Virus record (IMG/VR): IMGVR_UViG_2824317532_000001
Location: 40,923 to 104,922 of that record
DNA: 64,000 nucleotides
Source: a virus
Taxonomy: Duplodnaviria; Caudoviricetes
Strand: one strand, 5' to 3'
The first letter of the stretch is position 1. Every line of letters begins with the position of its first letter. This document shows positions 28,780 through 37,881 of the stretch, piece after piece. The notes under the pieces were generated by a model. It was given only the letters and a program-made list of their open reading frames with translations, was not told the DNA's origin and searched no databases. The position numbers and the translations under genes are program-made.

Positions 28780-29151
28780 CTACCGCCCACCGCGCGGCAT
28801 CGCCTTGTGGGAGACGAGGAAACTGATGACGACCGCGGCCAGGGCCAGGCCGACGGTGGTCGTGCCGACCCAGTCGCCGAGGTTGCGATCGGCCCAGTCC
28901 CACAAGCTGGTCAATCCGTCGCTGATCTTCTCGGTGGCCTTGCCGTTCATGCCGACGATCAGCGACGGGACGACGAACGCGCCGATGACGGCGTACTGGT
29001 TGGGGGTCTTGTCCTTGTAGATATCGATGCCGATGACAGTGAGAACGCCGAGGACGGCGATGACCTGCACGACGGTGGCGTAGCCAGCGCCGACGAGCCC
29101 GGCGCCGCCGATGATGGCGAGCACGAACCCGAACCAAGCGAGAACCTTCAT
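28780..29151 (-). CDS. Spd-like small membrane protein
   Basis: Four hydrophobic segments; in the traB operon; GAAAGGA RBS. Confidence 0.6.
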   Translation of the reverse strand: MKVLAWFGFVLAIIGGAGLVGAGYATVVQVIAVLGVLTVIGIDIYKDKTPNQYAVIGAFVVPSLIVGMNGKATEKISDGLTSLWDWADRNLGDWVGTTTVGLALAAVVISFLVSHKAMPRGGR

Positions 29152-29176
29152 GACGTATGTGTCCTTTCCGGGGTGG

Positions 29177-29608
29177 TCAGTGGGTGACGAGGTAGATCAG
29201 GTAGATGGCGAACGTGCCGGTGCCGGTCAGCAGGATTCGGGCGGGGTGGATGAGCAGCCACTTGACGCCGTCGAGCGCCAGTGCGACCACGACGGCGACG
29301 GGCCGGTAGCAGTAGGCCCACGCCTGGTAGGGCTTCCACGGCTTGTCGAGGTGGGCGGTGTGGTCGGTGTGCCACACGGTCTTCGCCGACGGCGACTGCT
29401 CCTCGGTGATCCACGAGTCGGCGGCGTCGGTGTAGACGACCCTGGCCAGCCGGCGGACGGCGACAGCTCGGGGCATGCGGCGGGTGCGGCTGTCTGTGGG
29501 CGCGTCGGGGTGGATGCGCACCACCTTCGCCGGCGGGGTGAGTCGGGGGGCGGCGGGTGACACCGGGCGGGCCGGGATCACCCCGTCGAACGCTTCACTG
29601 ATCGACAT
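29177..29608 (-). CDS. Spd-like membrane protein
   Basis: WLLIHPARILL + C-terminal TM, reminiscent of plasmid/AICE transfer-region proteins; GAGGAGG RBS. Confidence 0.55.
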   Translation of the reverse strand: MSISEAFDGVIPARPVSPAAPRLTPPAKVVRIHPDAPTDSRTRRMPRAVAVRRLARVVYTDAADSWITEEQSPSAKTVWHTDHTAHLDKPWKPYQAWAYCYRPVAVVVALALDGVKWLLIHPARILLTGTGTFAIYLIYLVTH

Positions 29609-29792
29609 GGCGGTGCACCTCCTCAGGGTTGCATTTGCTGGTGACAGGCACTGCTGTGTAAGATCGCGCGCCCGCAGGCGTGCAGGCCTACAGGCCTGCG
29701 CTCGCCCTGTGCAGTCGGGTCGGGCACTGCCACAGCGACTGCTATGCCATGACTGCCATGCCCGGTCGCCGGTCCGTGCTGGCTTCGCGGGC

Positions 29793-30029
29793 TCACCGCG
29801 GGTTCCGCCGATCGGCTATTTCTGCGATCGCTTTCGCGAGTTCGTTGCGGCCGTGCTCGTCGAGTTCGTCACCGACTGCCTTCGCGAACTGGCAGGCCTG
29901 TTGGAGCCGCTGACGCCCGTTCGCCGCCTTGCGGATCTCTTCGGTGAAGAACGCCAACCGGCGCTGACCTCGGCGGGTACGCCGTGCCGCCGAACGTTCT
30001 TCGGCGGTGGTTCCACGAACGGCTTTCAA
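29793..30029 (-). CDS. Small basic hypothetical protein
   Basis: GAGGAG RBS + TTG. Confidence 0.5.
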   Translation of the reverse strand: MKAVRGTTAEERSAARRTRRGQRRLAFFTEEIRKAANGRQRLQQACQFAKAVGDELDEHGRNELAKAIAEIADRRNPR

Positions 30030-30151
30030 GCGACTTCTCCTCAGTGTTTGCGCAGGTCAGGCCACAAGCGCGATGACGTAGACGAAGCCGATCACCATGA
30101 CGGTGAGCACAATGAACGGAACACGCGGGCTCGCCCGGCGCGGCATGCGCT

Positions 30152-30508
30152 TCACCGGGCGTTCCCGGAAGGGGTGCGCAGCAGCACGACCGCGCCGATC
30201 ACCATGGCCGCGAAGCTCGCGGTGATCGGGTATCCGACCAGGTCAGGACGGGTCATGGCGGTTTGCGCGAGTCCGGTGAGCGCGCCGGCGAGCACAATGA
30301 GCGACCCGGCGGTGTTGATGTGCTGGTCGGTCGCCGTCTCGGCCACGGGGGCGGCCCGCCGGTTCATCTCGGTATGAGCGGCACGCATCAGGGCGAGCGT
30401 CTGCTCGGCGGTGAGGTCCGGGAGTTCCGCCTTGTTGGAAGCGAGCAGCCCATGGCACTCGTCGAACACGACGATGACGGGGGCCAAGTCGGTGGGGGTG
30501 GTGGTCAT
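30152..30508 (-). CDS. Small membrane protein with N-terminal Walker-B-like peptide
   Basis: PVIVVFDECHGLL; two C-terminal TM helices; GAGGAG RBS. Confidence 0.55.
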   Translation of the reverse strand: MTTTPTDLAPVIVVFDECHGLLASNKAELPDLTAEQTLALMRAAHTEMNRRAAPVAETATDQHINTAGSLIVLAGALTGLAQTAMTRPDLVGYPITASFAAMVIGAVVLLRTPSGNAR

Positions 30509-30714
30509 CGGGTCTCCTCGGGGGTCTGGTGGTTATCGCGTTGGGCCACAGTCCTCATGCGGCGGTAGGTGGCGATGACACCGAGGCTCGCAACGAGCCA
30601 CACCCACGCCGCCTGGTTCGGAAACTCACCGGCGTACGCATCGCGGATCCCGATGACACCGGCGGCGATGGCTGTCACCGCGAACAGCCGATGCACGATG
30701 CGAAGCCATCTCAT
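30505..30714 (-). CDS. Small two-TM membrane protein
   Basis: ATGA overlaps at both ends. Confidence 0.55.
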   Translation of the reverse strand: MRWLRIVHRLFAVTAIAAGVIGIRDAYAGEFPNQAAWVWLVASLGVIATYRRMRTVAQRDNHQTPEETR

Positions 30715-32216
30715 TGGCCAACCGCCCACGGCTCACCGCTGTCATCGTCGGCACTGTCATCGGCTGCCTTATCGGTGGCCGCCTCACGCCACGCCGCGAC
30801 GAGCCGTGGGATACGGGCCCCGTACCCGGCGCCGGTGGTCTTGCGGACCGCATAGTCCGACCACTCATGGTTCGGGTCGCTGTGCACGGCGAGCATGGCC
30901 TGAACTGCTTCTTCGTCGGTCATGAGCTGCTTGCTCGCCGCCGCTGATGCCACCTTCGATGAGGCATGTTTCGGCCCCTTCGATGAGCCGTTCTTGGGAT
31001 GCCCATGGCGGTACTGGGCAAGGTTTGTCAGCTTCGCCGCGGCGAGCTTCGCGTTGAACTCGTCAGTGAGTTCCTTGGTGCGCTTGGCCAAAGCCTCATC
31101 GCGTTCGGTGTCCTTGGCGGCGATGATGTTCGCCTTCTCGGTCTCGTGGGCGGCGATGAGTGCCTCCCGGTCGGCGCCGGCCTGGTCGGTGAGTTCCCGC
31201 AATGAGGTGTCGGCGGTGACGCTCTTGGCGGTCGCCTCATCGAGGGCGGCGGTCGTCTCGGTGAGTTCGGTGTGCGCGGCGGTGAGTGCCTGCATGACAT
31301 CGGCGATGCGGTTGTCCCGGTCGGCGATGGCATCGGCCTGCCGTTCGGTGATGGCACGAAGTTCGGTGGTGGCCGCAACCAGTTGCCGGACGCGGGCGGC
31401 CGGGTTGATGCGCAGCCACCAGCCGGGCTGGTCGGTGGATTCGACGGCCCACCGGGTGCGGAGTTCGGTGTTGTAGCCCTCCCACGCCTGACGGGGGTCG
31501 GTGACGTAGTGGTCGATGGACCAGCGGCGGGCGAGGTAGGAGCGGATCGGGAATGAGCGGATCCGTTCGCCGGAGAATGTGGCGCCGGCTTCGTCGACGC
31601 GGCCTTCGCGGAGTAGTTGGACGCGTTGTTCGCGGCGGGTGTGCAGGCCCCACAGCCAGGGGCTGAGTAGGGACAGCATGCCGAACGCGACGGCGGCGGC
31701 GTTGATGCCGAGCGGGCCGGTGTCGTCGGCGAAGTGGGCGTAGTTGATGGCGGCGACACCGGCGGCGATGAGGTATGACCAGCGGCGGAGCCGGGCGGCG
31801 GTGTTGGTGGCCTTCTTGAGCAGCGCGTCGTGGGCGTGCCAGCCGACGTAGACGGACACGGATTCGATGGCGAGCGCGATGACGAGGGCGAGGACGACCT
31901 TGCCGAGGGTGGGCCAGGTGTGGGGTGCGACTTCTTCGTAGAAGAACGCGACCTGGCCGTAGACGGCGGCGCCGTTGACCAGCAGCAAGGGCGCGTACAT
32001 GAGCCGTTTGCCGAGGTCGGTTTTCGAGGGCCGGCGGGTGAGTGCGTAGACGGCGAGGCCAGTGACCAGGGCGGCGAGGATCGCGCAGGTGATGGTGACT
32101 GCGGGGCTGCCCGCGGCCTGGTTCCAGGCAGCGTCGTACCAGCTCGGGTCTGCGGCGGGTTGTGGGGTGCCGGAGACGGAGCCGGTGTCGGGGCGCAGCA
32201 CGGCGGTCAAGGACAT
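30711..32216 (-). CDS. SpdA/DUF2637-like multi-TM, coiled-coil, C-terminal HTH protein
   Basis: ALAIES..VY...A..INYAH TM block, long coiled coil, WSDYAVRKTTGAGYGARIPRL HTH-like end. Confidence 0.6.
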   Translation of the reverse strand: MSLTAVLRPDTGSVSGTPQPAADPSWYDAAWNQAAGSPAVTITCAILAALVTGLAVYALTRRPSKTDLGKRLMYAPLLLVNGAAVYGQVAFFYEEVAPHTWPTLGKVVLALVIALAIESVSVYVGWHAHDALLKKATNTAARLRRWSYLIAAGVAAINYAHFADDTGPLGINAAAVAFGMLSLLSPWLWGLHTRREQRVQLLREGRVDEAGATFSGERIRSFPIRSYLARRWSIDHYVTDPRQAWEGYNTELRTRWAVESTDQPGWWLRINPAARVRQLVAATTELRAITERQADAIADRDNRIADVMQALTAAHTELTETTAALDEATAKSVTADTSLRELTDQAGADREALIAAHETEKANIIAAKDTERDEALAKRTKELTDEFNAKLAAAKLTNLAQYRHGHPKNGSSKGPKHASSKVASAAASKQLMTDEEAVQAMLAVHSDPNHEWSDYAVRKTTGAGYGARIPRLVAAWREAATDKAADDSADDDSGEPWAVGQ

Positions 32217-32284
32217 GTAAGCAACGTACCACGCAACTTCATAGGTTGCTAGCAACAAATTAGAAGTTGCTTTAAGGTCGTTGC
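32217..32284. promoter_or_regulatory. Divergent promoter region with symmetric GCAAC/GTTGC operator array
   Basis: GCAAC at 32221, 32233, 32252; GTTGC at 32245, 32266, 32280; central palindrome GTTGCTAGCAAC; AT-rich. Confidence 0.65.
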
Positions 32285-32587
32285 ATGACCACGACACGCC
32301 AGCGGGGCTCAGTACCCCTTATGCAGCGGATCCGGTCCGCGCGCCTGCCCTCCCCCGAGGAGCGATTGGCCATCAGGAAAAGGGCACGCGTTAGCCGAGA
32401 AGACATCGCACGCGAACTCCGGGCACAGGGCATCGCCGTGACAGAGGGCGCCGTCAAGTGGTGGGAGAAGCCGAAGGCCGAAGGCGGAGTAGACCCTCGA
32501 CCGGACAAGGCGATTTTGTACCGGCGGCTGCTCGAACAGCTGCAAGCGGAGACCGCCAAGACGCGGACCGCTCAACCCTCCGCATAA
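32285..32587 (+). CDS. XRE/Cro-like HTH regulator
   Basis: LPSPEERLAIRKRARVSREDIAREL...VTEGAVKWWE. Confidence 0.75.
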   Translation: MTTTRQRGSVPLMQRIRSARLPSPEERLAIRKRARVSREDIARELRAQGIAVTEGAVKWWEKPKAEGGVDPRPDKAILYRRLLEQLQAETAKTRTAQPSA

Positions 32588-32698
32588 GGACGGCCGCGGT
32601 GCACGAACACCACGGCCGTCTCGCCATACCCCGCCCTTGACTACGGAGCTGACTCCCTTGACGTTAGACCACGTTCCTGAGGCGCCGGGAGGTACCGG

Positions 32699-34546
32699 AT
32701 GACGGTCCCCCACCAGGACCAGCGCCACAAGACCCGTAACGGGCATCCCGCCGCCGCCCAGTCGCCTGGACCCGGCAATCTCGCCGCGTTGCGGGTTCAC
32801 GAGCAGACGGTTCTGGGCTGGCTCCTGTCGCCGGCCAACCATGCCGAGGCGGAGGAGCGAGTTCGCGACCTCAGCATCCGGCATCTTGTTGAGCCTGCCC
32901 ACCGCGAGATCTTCGGCAGCATCCTGGCGCATGTCGGTGCCCCGAATCTGGCGCTGCTTGTCACCGCAGACCTGGCGACGGCGGATGCTCACCGTTCGGT
33001 GAAGGCGCTGCCAGGTGGGATTGCCGCATACCTGTCCGACTGCAAGGACTACGCCGACCTTTACGGCACACGGGAGTTCGCTTTCCACGTGCGGCAGGTG
33101 AAGGACGCCTACGTGCGCCGGCGGCGGCTGGAGCTCCACTCTCAGGCCGCGCGGGCTCTCGAGGAGGACAACCTCCAGGCGTACGACGCCGCGTTGGCGA
33201 ACATGCAGCATCTCGACGCGGATGCGGAACCTGCTGAGGATCCCGGAAGCGCACGCGACCGGGCACTGCAGCGGGCCATCGGCGATGCGGCTGCTGGTCG
33301 GTATTTGGCGATGCTGGCGGAGGAGATTCTTCGAACCCGGGCGCGGCGCGAGGCCCGCCAGTTCGTGGACGCCGAACTGGCTGACGTGTCACCGCTCGAG
33401 TTGCCCGTCTCGCTGACTGATCTTCTCGGCGAGGACGATGAACAGGACTCGTGGCGGATGTCCGGGTTGTGGCCGTCCGGTGCTCGGATCTTGTTGGCCG
33501 CGGGCGCGAAGTCGGGCAAGACGACGACGGTGGGGAACGTGGTGCGTTGCCTGGCCGACGGTGACCGGTTTCTGGGGATCGCCGACGTCGAGCCGGTGGC
33601 GCCGGGCCGGACTGTGGCGGTGCTGGATTACGAGATGCCCCGTGCGAAGGTGAGGGGCTGGTTACGTGACCAGCGGATCCGGAACACCGATGCGGTGCTG
33701 GTGTGGACGGAGCGAGGCAGGGCGGGGCGCTTTGATACTCGCGATCGGGCGGCACGAGTGCTGTGGGTGGAGCGTTTACGGACGGCGAACGTGTCGGTGT
33801 GGGTCATCGACTGCCTGTCGCCGGTGCTGTCGGCGTTGGGTATCGATGAGAACAACAACACCGAGGTCGGTGCTGTTCTCGACGGGATCAACACGATCGC
33901 TGCTGAGGCCGGCATTGATGATGTCCTGCTGATTCATCACATGGGGCATGGGGCGGAGCGGTCTCGTGGCGCGTCGCGGTTGATTGGCTGGCCGGATGTG
34001 AATTGGAAGTTGACTCGGCAGCGGGATGAGAAGGATCCGTCGGCGGAGCCGGATCCGAATGCGACCCGGTATTTCTCGGCGTACGGCCGGGATGTGGATG
34101 TTCGTGAGGGTCGGTTGGTGTTCGAGTCGGAGTCGCGGCATCTGACGTACATGGAGGGCGGCCGGAAGCAGGACGATGACACGGTCGCGCTGGGCAAGTT
34201 GTTGGTGTTTGTGCGGGATCATCCTGGGCTCGGGACTCGTGGCTTGCAGGAGGGCGCTGCGGCGCTGCTGGGGAGCAGGGATACGGTGCGGAAGGCGTTG
34301 AAGGCGGCGACGGCCAAGGGTTACGTCGTTGCGGCGGATGCTCCGCGTAACGGCTTGCAGCACACGATCTCGGCGTTGGGCCGGGGACAGATCTTGGCGT
34401 TGTCGTCGGTTCCGGTGAGTGACGCGGAGTTCCTTGCCGGTCCGCGGGGGAACGTGGTGTGCGACTGCGGCTACTACATCACTTCGGCGGCGTTCGAGGC
34501 TGGCGCTCGGTCGTGCATCGAGTGTTTGAAGGCGGTGCCGGCGTGA
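32699..34546 (+). CDS. DnaB-N-terminal-like + AAA_25/RepA-family (SF4) helicase
   Basis: EQTVLGWLL...PAHREIF (DnaB N); AAGAKSGKTT Walker A; VIDCLS Walker B; LIHHMGH..ERSRGAS...W.D; C-terminal HTH and Cys motif. Confidence 0.8.
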   Translation: MTVPHQDQRHKTRNGHPAAAQSPGPGNLAALRVHEQTVLGWLLSPANHAEAEERVRDLSIRHLVEPAHREIFGSILAHVGAPNLALLVTADLATADAHRSVKALPGGIAAYLSDCKDYADLYGTREFAFHVRQVKDAYVRRRRLELHSQAARALEEDNLQAYDAALANMQHLDADAEPAEDPGSARDRALQRAIGDAAAGRYLAMLAEEILRTRARREARQFVDAELADVSPLELPVSLTDLLGEDDEQDSWRMSGLWPSGARILLAAGAKSGKTTTVGNVVRCLADGDRFLGIADVEPVAPGRTVAVLDYEMPRAKVRGWLRDQRIRNTDAVLVWTERGRAGRFDTRDRAARVLWVERLRTANVSVWVIDCLSPVLSALGIDENNNTEVGAVLDGINTIAAEAGIDDVLLIHHMGHGAERSRGASRLIGWPDVNWKLTRQRDEKDPSAEPDPNATRYFSAYGRDVDVREGRLVFESESRHLTYMEGGRKQDDDTVALGKLLVFVRDHPGLGTRGLQEGAAALLGSRDTVRKALKAATAKGYVVAADAPRNGLQHTISALGRGQILALSSVPVSDAEFLAGPRGNVVCDCGYYITSAAFEAGARSCIECLKAVPA

Positions 34547-34559
34547 CTGGAACGGGTCG

Positions 34560-34796
34560 AGTGTGCGGAGTGTGCGGGAGTGTGCGGCTTGATCGTCCGC
34601 ACACTCGATTTCGCAGTGATGATTTTGAATTTTCGCAGCTCAACCCAGTGTGCGGGAGTGTGCGGAGATCAAAAACAGGCGAAAAGCGGCCTTGACCTGC
34701 GAAAACGCCGTCGAGCGAGTGTGCGGCGGCTTAAGAAAGCCGCACGCTCGCACACTCACTCGCCTAAACGATCTCCGCACAGTCGTCCGCACACTC
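34560..34796. repeat. Cluster of ~10 AGTGTGCGG repeats in both orientations (candidate origin iterons)
   Basis: Direct copies at 34560, 34569, 34579, 34647, 34657, 34718; inverted or degenerate CCGCACACT-like copies near 34597, 34740-34756, 34775, 34787; AT-rich tract gattttgaatttt. Confidence 0.7.
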
Positions 34797-35170
34797 ATCC
34801 ATCGATGAAGAAGATCCGAAACGGAGGGCAGCCAAGACGACAATCCAGACCGAGGCAGTCCGGGCACGGCGAATGCCCTCGCCGACCGGAAGGTCGCACT
34901 ACGCCGCCCGATTCGCCCGCGACCAACCCATCACCGATGGTCCTACTTAACGGCAGTTCAGCCGAGTTCGCAGATGAAGGAAGCCTGACCATGCCGAACA
35001 AGTCTCAGATCCGACACCAAACAAGTAGCCGCATCGATACCTTTCGTAATGGCAGCGGCTCCGACGAGGAGGAACCGACGGTGACCACAACCACCCCACC
35101 TCCAAGCGGGCACTTGCCGGTATCAGACGGAGGATCGCGTATCACCCGCCTCGACCACTACCTTGCGCCG

Positions 35171-35623
35171 ATGACCACCACCGCCAACTCCGTCATCAAA
35201 GCCATAGAGTCCCGCCGCCCCGACCAGACCGGCACCCGCCTGAACCTGCTGCTCTTCCTCTGCCAGGGACACTTCCTGGCAGGCACCGGCGCACCTCTAT
35301 TCGCCGAACCCATCTACGCCACCCCCGCCGGCGTCCACATCGACGCCGACCCCGACGAACCCGCCGCCGACATGAACAACCGGCAACTCGGCTTTGTCGG
35401 CTACACCCTGCACCGGTACGCCGACATGACCGATGCCGACCTGCTGTCGCTGGTCCAGGTGTCCAGCGCCTGGCAACTTGCCGCCCGTGCCGAGGATGAC
35501 CCCCGCATCGAGTGGGCGTGGCTCACCGATTGGTTCCGGCGCCCCGCCGAACGGCATGGCAAACCGACCGCCGAGGAAACCGCCGATTTCGCGGCACGGC
35601 GAAAGGCACGCACCGGGGGCTGA
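35171..35623 (+). CDS. Panacea/SocA (DUF4065)-like antitoxin
   Basis: RLNLLLFLCQGHFLA..G.PLFAEPIYA...G...YADMT..DL.......W pattern; degenerate. Confidence 0.6.
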   Translation: MTTTANSVIKAIESRRPDQTGTRLNLLLFLCQGHFLAGTGAPLFAEPIYATPAGVHIDADPDEPAADMNNRQLGFVGYTLHRYADMTDADLLSLVQVSSAWQLAARAEDDPRIEWAWLTDWFRRPAERHGKPTAEETADFAARRKARTGG

Positions 35624-35641
35624 CCGCCCGAAGGAGCACGC

Positions 35642-35956
35642 ATGCCCGACTGGCCCGACAAGTGGAAGCTGGACAACTTCCCGGAGGCTCTGCACACGTG
35701 GACCATCGCCGCGGAGCCTCCGCCGGAGGTCCTCGCCGAGGTGGAACGCTGGCATCACAGCCGCCAGGACGACCCGTACGGCGACACCGACCCTTTCGCC
35801 GAAGAGGGCATGTTCGACGACTACTTCGGGTTGCGGGCCAGGGTGTACGACCTGTATCGAAGGCCGGTGCAGGTCGATGGCCGGCCCGTGGTCTGCTACT
35901 ACGAGGTGCAGGAGAACGAGCATCGTGTTGTTTTCTCGCACTTCGGTGTGATTTAG
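35642..35956 (+). CDS. Hypothetical protein, possible RelE/ParE-fold toxin
   Basis: 104 aa; helix-DPY-strands ending VVCYYEVQENEHRVVFSHF; AAGGAG RBS; follows Panacea-like gene. Confidence 0.45.
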   Translation: MPDWPDKWKLDNFPEALHTWTIAAEPPPEVLAEVERWHHSRQDDPYGDTDPFAEEGMFDDYFGLRARVYDLYRRPVQVDGRPVVCYYEVQENEHRVVFSHFGVI

Positions 35957-36015
35957 GTTAGGTGCGGGTCGAGCAGTGCTGTTGGCGGCTGGTGGCGCCG
36001 CGTACGCTGGTTCTC

Positions 36016-36366
36016 GTGACTTCCCGGGCAGCACCGTCTACGGCGTGGCAGAGCAGGCCAGGCCGACGTGCGCTCGTCGCCGCCAACCTGAGCGTGCTGC
36101 GGGGGCCGACGTCGGGAACTGTCGTCCTACCGAACCGGCTGGTGTGGGCGCCGGATCCGGCGGGCCGTTTCGACCTGGACGACCCTTTCGACCGGTTGCG
36201 GGTGTACGAGATTGTGCTCCGTGAGGCGGTTCAGGAAGCCGAGCTGCGTACGTGGCTAAACGGCACGCTGCTGACCGCATTGTGGCCACACCTGTACCTG
36301 CCTCGTGGTGTACGGCAGGCGTGGGAGACCAGCCACCCGCAGTTGGCGGCCGTACCAGCACAGTGA
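36016..36366 (+). CDS. Putative antitoxin partner of AbiEii-type toxin
   Basis: LRGPTSGTVVLP...FDLDD...YEIVLREA...LWP.LYLP..VR.AWE; GTGA-coupled to the NTase. Confidence 0.65.
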   Translation: MTSRAAPSTAWQSRPGRRALVAANLSVLRGPTSGTVVLPNRLVWAPDPAGRFDLDDPFDRLRVYEIVLREAVQEAELRTWLNGTLLTALWPHLYLPRGVRQAWETSHPQLAAVPAQ

Positions 36367-37016
36367 CGATCGAATCCGTAGACGCCTTCCATCTACAGGT
36401 TGCCCGGACCGCGCTGGCAGTCGCCAACCGGTACGGGTTCGCGCTCGGCGGCGGTCTGGCGCTGATCCTGCACGGCATCGTGTCCCGGCCGACCGAGGAC
36501 GTCGACGTGTTCGGTGAGGAGGGCTGCAGCGTGGTCGGCGCCGCGGCCGCGGTGACGGCGGCCCTGCAGGATGCGGGCATCCGGGTCGAGCCGGTGGACA
36601 TGAGTTCGGAGGTCGTTGACCTCGACTATCTGATGGCCGAACTGGTCGCCTACCGGCCCGATGGTCGGGCGGTGCGGTTGAGTTTCGGTCATCTGTCCCG
36701 CACCCGGCAGCCTGTGCTGTTGGACATCGGCCCGGTGATGGCCGTTGACGACCTGATCGCGTGGAAGGTCGCCGCGCTGGTAAACAGGGCTGAGGTTCGT
36801 GACTTCGTGGATGTGGCGGCGTTCCTCGCCGACCGGTCCCCCAGCACGCTGTTGGCGTTGGCGCGGACGGTCGATCCGGGCCTGTTCGAGGAAGATGTTG
36901 CTGCGGCGGGACGCAGGCTGGATCAGACTCCGGATCGGGCGTTCGCCGCCTACGGGCTCGACGCCCGCCAGGTGGCGCAGATGCGGGCCCGCTTCCATGA
37001 CTGGCCTCGCAGCTAG
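36363..37016 (+). CDS. AbiEii/AbiGii-family nucleotidyltransferase toxin
   Basis: FALGGGLAL..HG..SRPTEDVDVF; K..AL..R...RDFVD. Confidence 0.85.
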   Translation: MTIESVDAFHLQVARTALAVANRYGFALGGGLALILHGIVSRPTEDVDVFGEEGCSVVGAAAAVTAALQDAGIRVEPVDMSSEVVDLDYLMAELVAYRPDGRAVRLSFGHLSRTRQPVLLDIGPVMAVDDLIAWKVAALVNRAEVRDFVDVAAFLADRSPSTLLALARTVDPGLFEEDVAAAGRRLDQTPDRAFAAYGLDARQVAQMRARFHDWPRS

Positions 37017-37252
37017 CCTCGGCGGCCGTATCCCCGGCGCCGACCGCCAGGTGAGTGATCAGTAGGCACCCGCGGGTGAACGCCGACATTCACCCCGATA
37101 GGGCATTGCTCATCCGTTTGTCGTTCGTTGCCGCCGTAACGGCCCATCGTCGTCGATGAGTGTGTCGGCGTTGGAGTGGTGCGGCTGGGTTTCGTGGACT
37201 GGGGCCCGGCCGCATTCCAGTCCACTCCCCCGGTCCGTGGAGCCGATTCCGC

Positions 37253-37873
37253 ATGTCGCATCAGCAGTCCTCATACCCGCCGGCCACCGGAGACCCGTAC
37301 AGCGCACCTCCGCCGCCAAAGAAGAAGCGCTGGCCGTGGATCGTTGCCGGTGTCGTCGTTGTCGGGATCCTCGGCTGTGTCGGCCTGTTCACGTTGGTCC
37401 TCGGCGGCACCGCAAAGGTGGTCAGCGATGCTGCCACCGAGATGGATGACAACAACAAGGGCAAGAACGCTGCCGCTGGTGAGCTCGGCAAGCCCGCCAA
37501 GGACGGCAAGTTCGAGTTCACGGTCACCGGCATGAAATGCGGCGCCAAAAAGGTGGGCGGCCAGTTCAACGAGGTCCGCGCCCAGGGCGAGTTCTGCCAG
37601 GTCAGTGTGACGGTGAAGAACGTCGGCACCTCGGCGGAGATTTTCGACAGCAACTCACAGAAGGCCTACGACGAGGCCGGCACCGAATATTCCGTCGACT
37701 CTGCCGCGGAACTGGCGGTGAACGACGACAACCAGACGTGGCTGGAGAACATCAACCCCGGAAACAAGATCAAGGGTGTGCTGGTGTTCGACGTACCCGC
37801 CGGCACGAAACCCGCGACGATCGTCGTTCATGAGTCGATGTTCACCGCAGGCGTTCGAGTGCCCCTGGCATAG
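37253..37873 (+). CDS. DUF4352 (Mpr-like) membrane-anchored protein, candidate superinfection exclusion
   Basis: PPPKKKRWPW + TM; DGKFEFTVT..CG...AQGEFC.V.V.VKNVG...INPGN...VFDVP. Confidence 0.8.
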   Translation: MSHQQSSYPPATGDPYSAPPPPKKKRWPWIVAGVVVVGILGCVGLFTLVLGGTAKVVSDAATEMDDNNKGKNAAAGELGKPAKDGKFEFTVTGMKCGAKKVGGQFNEVRAQGEFCQVSVTVKNVGTSAEIFDSNSQKAYDEAGTEYSVDSAAELAVNDDNQTWLENINPGNKIKGVLVFDVPAGTKPATIVVHESMFTAGVRVPLA

Positions 37874-37881
37874 CGGAAACC

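Noticed and set aside
34560-34796. CRISPR array
   Set aside because: Repeats are only 9 bp, irregularly spaced and in both orientations; no cas genes
34580-35170. N-terminal extension of the 347-aa ORF 34580-35623
   Set aside because: Runs through the repeat region with poor codon bias; the real start is more likely ATG 35171
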